Below are positions 61,301 through 64,000 of a stretch of 64,000 nucleotides of DNA, piece after piece (the stretch's first letter is position 1; each line of letters starts with the position of its first letter). The stretch spans positions 1,034,335-1,098,334 of the forward strand of contig NMRA01000039.1 in NCBI GenBank assembly GCA_002633005.1, written 5' to 3'. The notes under the pieces were generated by a model. It saw nothing but the letters and a program-made list of their open reading frames with translations, was not told where the DNA came from and searched no databases. The stretch comes from Phoronis australis (Eukaryota; Animalia; Phoronida). The position numbers and the translations under genes were made by a program.

Positions 61301-62163
61301 TCAAATATAAGTGAAACTTTGGAGCAAAAAATTTTTGCAAATCTTTTAAACAGTCCGAGTTTTTGATTTTCATATGTTTCAAATTCCTTCAAGGGTTTCT
61401 CCATAACTTGTATGAAGCCAGAAAAATCTCACCACCAAAATTTGTAAACTTTTTTGAAAGTATTTTCAAAATAAATAATAGAAAACAAATTTGTTCCTGC
61501 TACACATCATGACTCATCATTCCAGCTACAACTCCAAATGGTGCGTGCTGCTTCCACTCTACATAATGACTGAGAATTACTCGTGCAGCCAGCAAATTCT
61601 GGAGCATTTTTTCCCCTATCTATGGCATGTACCTGAGCTGGATTCCACATACCAAGGACATTAGCCATGCACTTTCAGCCAGATATCTTCGCTTATGCAC
61701 TGGTACCAGCGAATTCTATCACATAATCCAGGAATTCTATCCCACAATTCAAGATTCCAGCCTCACCGACTAATCACTTTGTTGGCTGCCATTTTGATAG
61801 CTTACGCTAGTAAGGTCTTGAACATACTCGCAAACCACTCGCATGATTTTGTGAGATTTTGTGTGAATTCGTTTTTTCACCAGGTTCTCCCATCTGTGGC
61901 GCGTTGCCTCGTTCTGCACCTACCTTACGCTTGGTCTCTCGGTGTGCCAACTTCTCTTCCTCCAGATATAACGTTAGATCCAGTATCTGTTGTTCCAACC
62001 GTTTAATGAAGCCATCCAGCTCCTCGTGAATCGTTCTCACCGTCTCTGTTGCCGGGTCTGCCGACGGTTCGAAGAAGTCGTCCATGTTGATCTTCATTGT
62101 GACCTTGGCCTTGTTTTTCTGCATCACATAGCCATGGCCCTGTTGGTAAGGCTTCAAGGTACC
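46083..62163 (-). CDS. Coiled-coil protein gene, probably FLACC1/ALS2CR12 (flagellum-associated coiled-coil domain-containing 1)-like; 9 exons visible, 5' incomplete
   Basis: Nine AG/GT-bounded exons join in frame into an E/K/Q/L-rich heptad protein (..IKFLQGAFDSYKTQV..EMGDKWKAKE..; ..ELRRLYIKKCGQLFDE..). The family assignment is from recalled similarity only. Confidence 0.8.
46365..46531. repeat. 23-bp perfect minisatellite x7 (GCACCTTACTGCAAGGGTTAACA)
   Basis: Directly visible, 55 bp from the last acceptor of the minus-strand gene. Confidence 0.97.
48597..48696 (-). CDS. coiled-coil gene exon (RLYIKKCGQLFDE...KAAMQ), 100 nt
   Basis: cactccttag|A ... CAG|gtattt; phase 2 to 0. Confidence 0.9.
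49145..49254 (-). CDS. coiled-coil gene exon (KIKLVGFETNFQQKVQEVDDKYK...TEL-R), 110 nt
   Basis: ttcttgcag|AAA ... AG|gtttgt; phase 0 to 2. Confidence 0.9.
51103..51264 (-). CDS. coiled-coil gene exon (AFKRRYSSAAGDLARL...NELTDV), 162 nt
   Basis: ttttttcgcag|GCA ... GTT|gtgagt. Confidence 0.9.
52302..52405 (-). CDS. coiled-coil gene exon (NQMAMERTAEK...REHKKELE), 104 nt
   Basis: gtcctgcag|AG ... GAG|gtaggt; phase 1 to 0. Confidence 0.9.
53326..54314. repeat. 25-bp minisatellite (GTCAYACAACTTTGTGAAGCCTGCA) spanning the 609-N gap
   Basis: Same unit on both sides of the gap. Confidence 0.95.
55233..55937. mobile_element. 705-bp foldback non-autonomous DNA transposon (~310-bp inverted arms), P-element-like termini
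   Basis: Arms 55233-~55542 and ~55630-55937 are near-perfect reverse complements; ends CACAGG / CCTGTG; flanks catacagt / tatacagt (8-bp TSD, 1 mismatch). Confidence 0.9.
57833..57985 (-). CDS. coiled-coil gene exon (QMQNDIKFLQGAFDSYK...ENDMKEA-K), 153 nt
   Basis: gcttggcag|AA ... A|gtgagt; phase 1 to 1. Confidence 0.9.
58440..58537 (-). CDS. coiled-coil gene exon (KLKELHAKELESLQ...SDLTI-E), 98 nt
   Basis: tttttccag|A ... G|gtgagt; phase 2 to 1. Confidence 0.88.
59075..59340. repeat. Degenerate ~31-bp tandem array (aattccgatggcgctcagccgtcatgatgg)
   Basis: Recurring attcc..gctcagcc..catga motif. Confidence 0.75.
59395..59456 (-). CDS. coiled-coil gene exon (HVEYMKDKLEECKRQGELEI-Q), 62 nt
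   Basis: gttttgtag|CAT ... CA|gtgagt; phase 0 to 2. Confidence 0.85.
59553..59822. repeat. Degenerate 22-23-bp minisatellite (ttttggcaaatttcgtactccgc) x ~11
   Basis: Directly visible; explains overlapping repetitive ORFs. Confidence 0.9.
61137..61260. mobile_element. Right end of a small GC-rich hAT-like MITE (left end probably in gap)
   Basis: Ends in gatccgccactg (reverse complement CAGTGGCGGATC) after C-rich tracts. Confidence 0.45.
61924..62163 (-). CDS. coiled-coil gene exon (GTLKPYQQGHGY...LYLEEEKLAHRETKRK), 240 nt
   Basis: cttctcctcag|GGT ... AAG|gtaggt; phase 0 to 0. Confidence 0.88.
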
Positions 62164-62457
62164 CTGAGGAGAAGGTACACGCACATAATGAAAGCACACG
62201 TTCAACTTAATTCCCCATTTTTACATCATTGATGCTTGATACGTGTGCGCTTTAAAATCGTTCATTTGGACTATGTTATTGTTTCACAACACGCCAGAAG
62301 TTAAGCTAAACACGTTACAATTAAAGATATAAATATGAACACCCAAATTCTCAATGATTCTCATTGTCATAGATGTTGGCACATGGGTCTCATTACATAG
62401 TGTGCTCTCAAAATGCAAGTGTGAGATAAGAACTATAGGATGTAGAACAGGCTGACA

Positions 62458-62603
62458 GTGTTACGGGACTGACATGTGTTACGGGAGTGACATGTGTTAC
62501 GGGAGTGACATGTGTTACGGGAGTGACATGTGTTACGGGAGTGACATGTGTTACGGGAGTGACATGTGTTACGGGAGTGACATGTGTTACGGGAGTGACA
62601 TGT
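62458..62603. repeat. 18-bp minisatellite x8 (GTGTTACGGGAGTGACAT)
   Basis: Directly visible. Confidence 0.97.
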
Positions 62604-63835
62604 AAGTGCTGAGCGGAAGTGTATGGAGAGTTATAAAACCAGTAGGAGCAGATCATAGGTTATGTAGGACACCCAAAAATTACCAAATTAGGCTAAATTC
62701 GCGACATCGTGTCTCAGAAGTGACGGATCCGATCCACATGAAACTTTCAGATGCCATGTTTTATGCTCTGTTCTCCAAAACGCTGCTAGGTATTGCTTTT
62801 AAAACGTTCCACTTTTGCATGAGGTATTATCAAAAAAACAGGACTCAAAAGTTGTATATAACAAAAACGAAATGACAATTTAAAAGATTGCAACAGTGTT
62901 TTTGAGATTTCATCTTGGACATGAACATCAAACGAAATTTGATTGTATTTTTCGTATTGTTGTTTGGCTATGACTGTACCTTTCTTTTTTGCTACATTTT
63001 ACTAAAACGACAAGACTATGGACTACGTGGCCCAAGTGAGTGCAGTTTGGTACAAAGCCAAAAATCAAAATCTGCAGACTTTCTACTTTTAGAAAATGTG
63101 TATTTTCACTGAGTTGAATTCTATGGCTTTGCATATATTTGGCTAGATGCATAAACTTGTCAAAATAATGTGAAGAAAATTGGTCACTGACTCTCAAAAA
63201 CTGCCCCAAGCAAAAGAGGAGTCCAATAGATGGCAACACTTTAAATACATTGAAGGTTCACTGTGAAATCTCAACAATTTAGGACAGTGAGGCAGACCAG
63301 AGGGATTTCATTTTTTTTTAAAAAGCTTTATCATTCTTACATTTTATGCCATAAGCTACCATCGGACAACATTTCAACAACACTGCGGGCATACACAACA
63401 ACGGTACAAGCCAAAAATGAACAAACCTATTTTCGCAATTATTTTAATCAAAACAGTAACATTGGGTACAAGTGGGACACACAGAAGGAATACCTAAAGC
63501 GTGCGGAACACAATTTGTGAGACTACTGATATGGAACTGGTGTTAGACCCACAGTTACTGGAATTTTCCGTTGATAAGCCCACAAGATGAGTGGGTGTTT
63601 ATTTGGTGTTACAACTTCTGGCATCAAGTGTTCATTTATTTGGAAAATTTCCTCTTAAAAGCCTACTCAGCGTCAACTTTTTGACACAAATTCAATTATG
63701 TGGAGAGTTTATCATTGATAAAAATGAACAAGGTGTTGGCAAACTACACATTTATTAACATAAAATTCAAAAACAAAATTTTAAGTAAACAATGTGTAAA
63801 GTTACCAAAACTATGACTTTCCGATTACACGCCCC

Positions 63836-64000
63836 TTTTCCGAATAAACGCCCGGGTGTTTATTTGGTGTTACTAAAACGCTTTAAAATTTTCCGAATAA
63901 ACGCCCGGGTGTTCATTTGGTGTTACTAAAACGCTTTAAAATTTTCCGAATAAACGCCTGGGTGTTTATTTGGTGTTACTAAAACGCTTTAAAATTTTCC
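63836..64000. repeat. ~54-bp tandem repeat x3 or more (ttttccgaataaacgcccgggtgtttatttggtgttactaaaacgctttaaa), truncated by the window end
   Basis: Directly visible; degenerate precursor at about 63560-63615. Confidence 0.9.

Overview
AT-rich, intron-rich animal genomic DNA, most likely from a marine invertebrate bilaterian. It has three N-gaps (40539-40748, 53442-54050, 61030-61136). Two convergent spliced genes occupy the window. (1) An alpha-catulin gene (CTNNAL1, vinculin/alpha-catenin family) lies on the + strand. Fourteen complete coding exons can be assembled between 21394 and 41252, with consistent phases and GT-AG boundaries. The conserved N-terminal exon was not found, so it is probably upstream of the window, and the coding stretch just before the last exon appears to fall in the 40539-40748 gap. 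(2) A coiled-coil protein gene, probably FLACC1/ALS2CR12-like, lies on the - strand with 9 coding exons from 62163 to 46083 and an incomplete 5' end. The two 3' UTRs appear to meet at opposed AATAAA signals near 45040-45082. Introns are full of MITEs, a Helentron-associated (HINE-like) element, a 705-bp foldback element and minisatellites. The most unusual observation is repeated duplication of splice sites. A 29-bp minisatellite reiterates a complete 3' splice site plus exon start at least 11 times. A triplicated acceptor creates a candidate 24-nt micro-exon. A 23-bp array places acceptor-plus-stop decoys in front of the last exon of the minus-strand gene. Most ORFs in the supplied track are intronic noise. 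All homology statements are from recall and were not searched.
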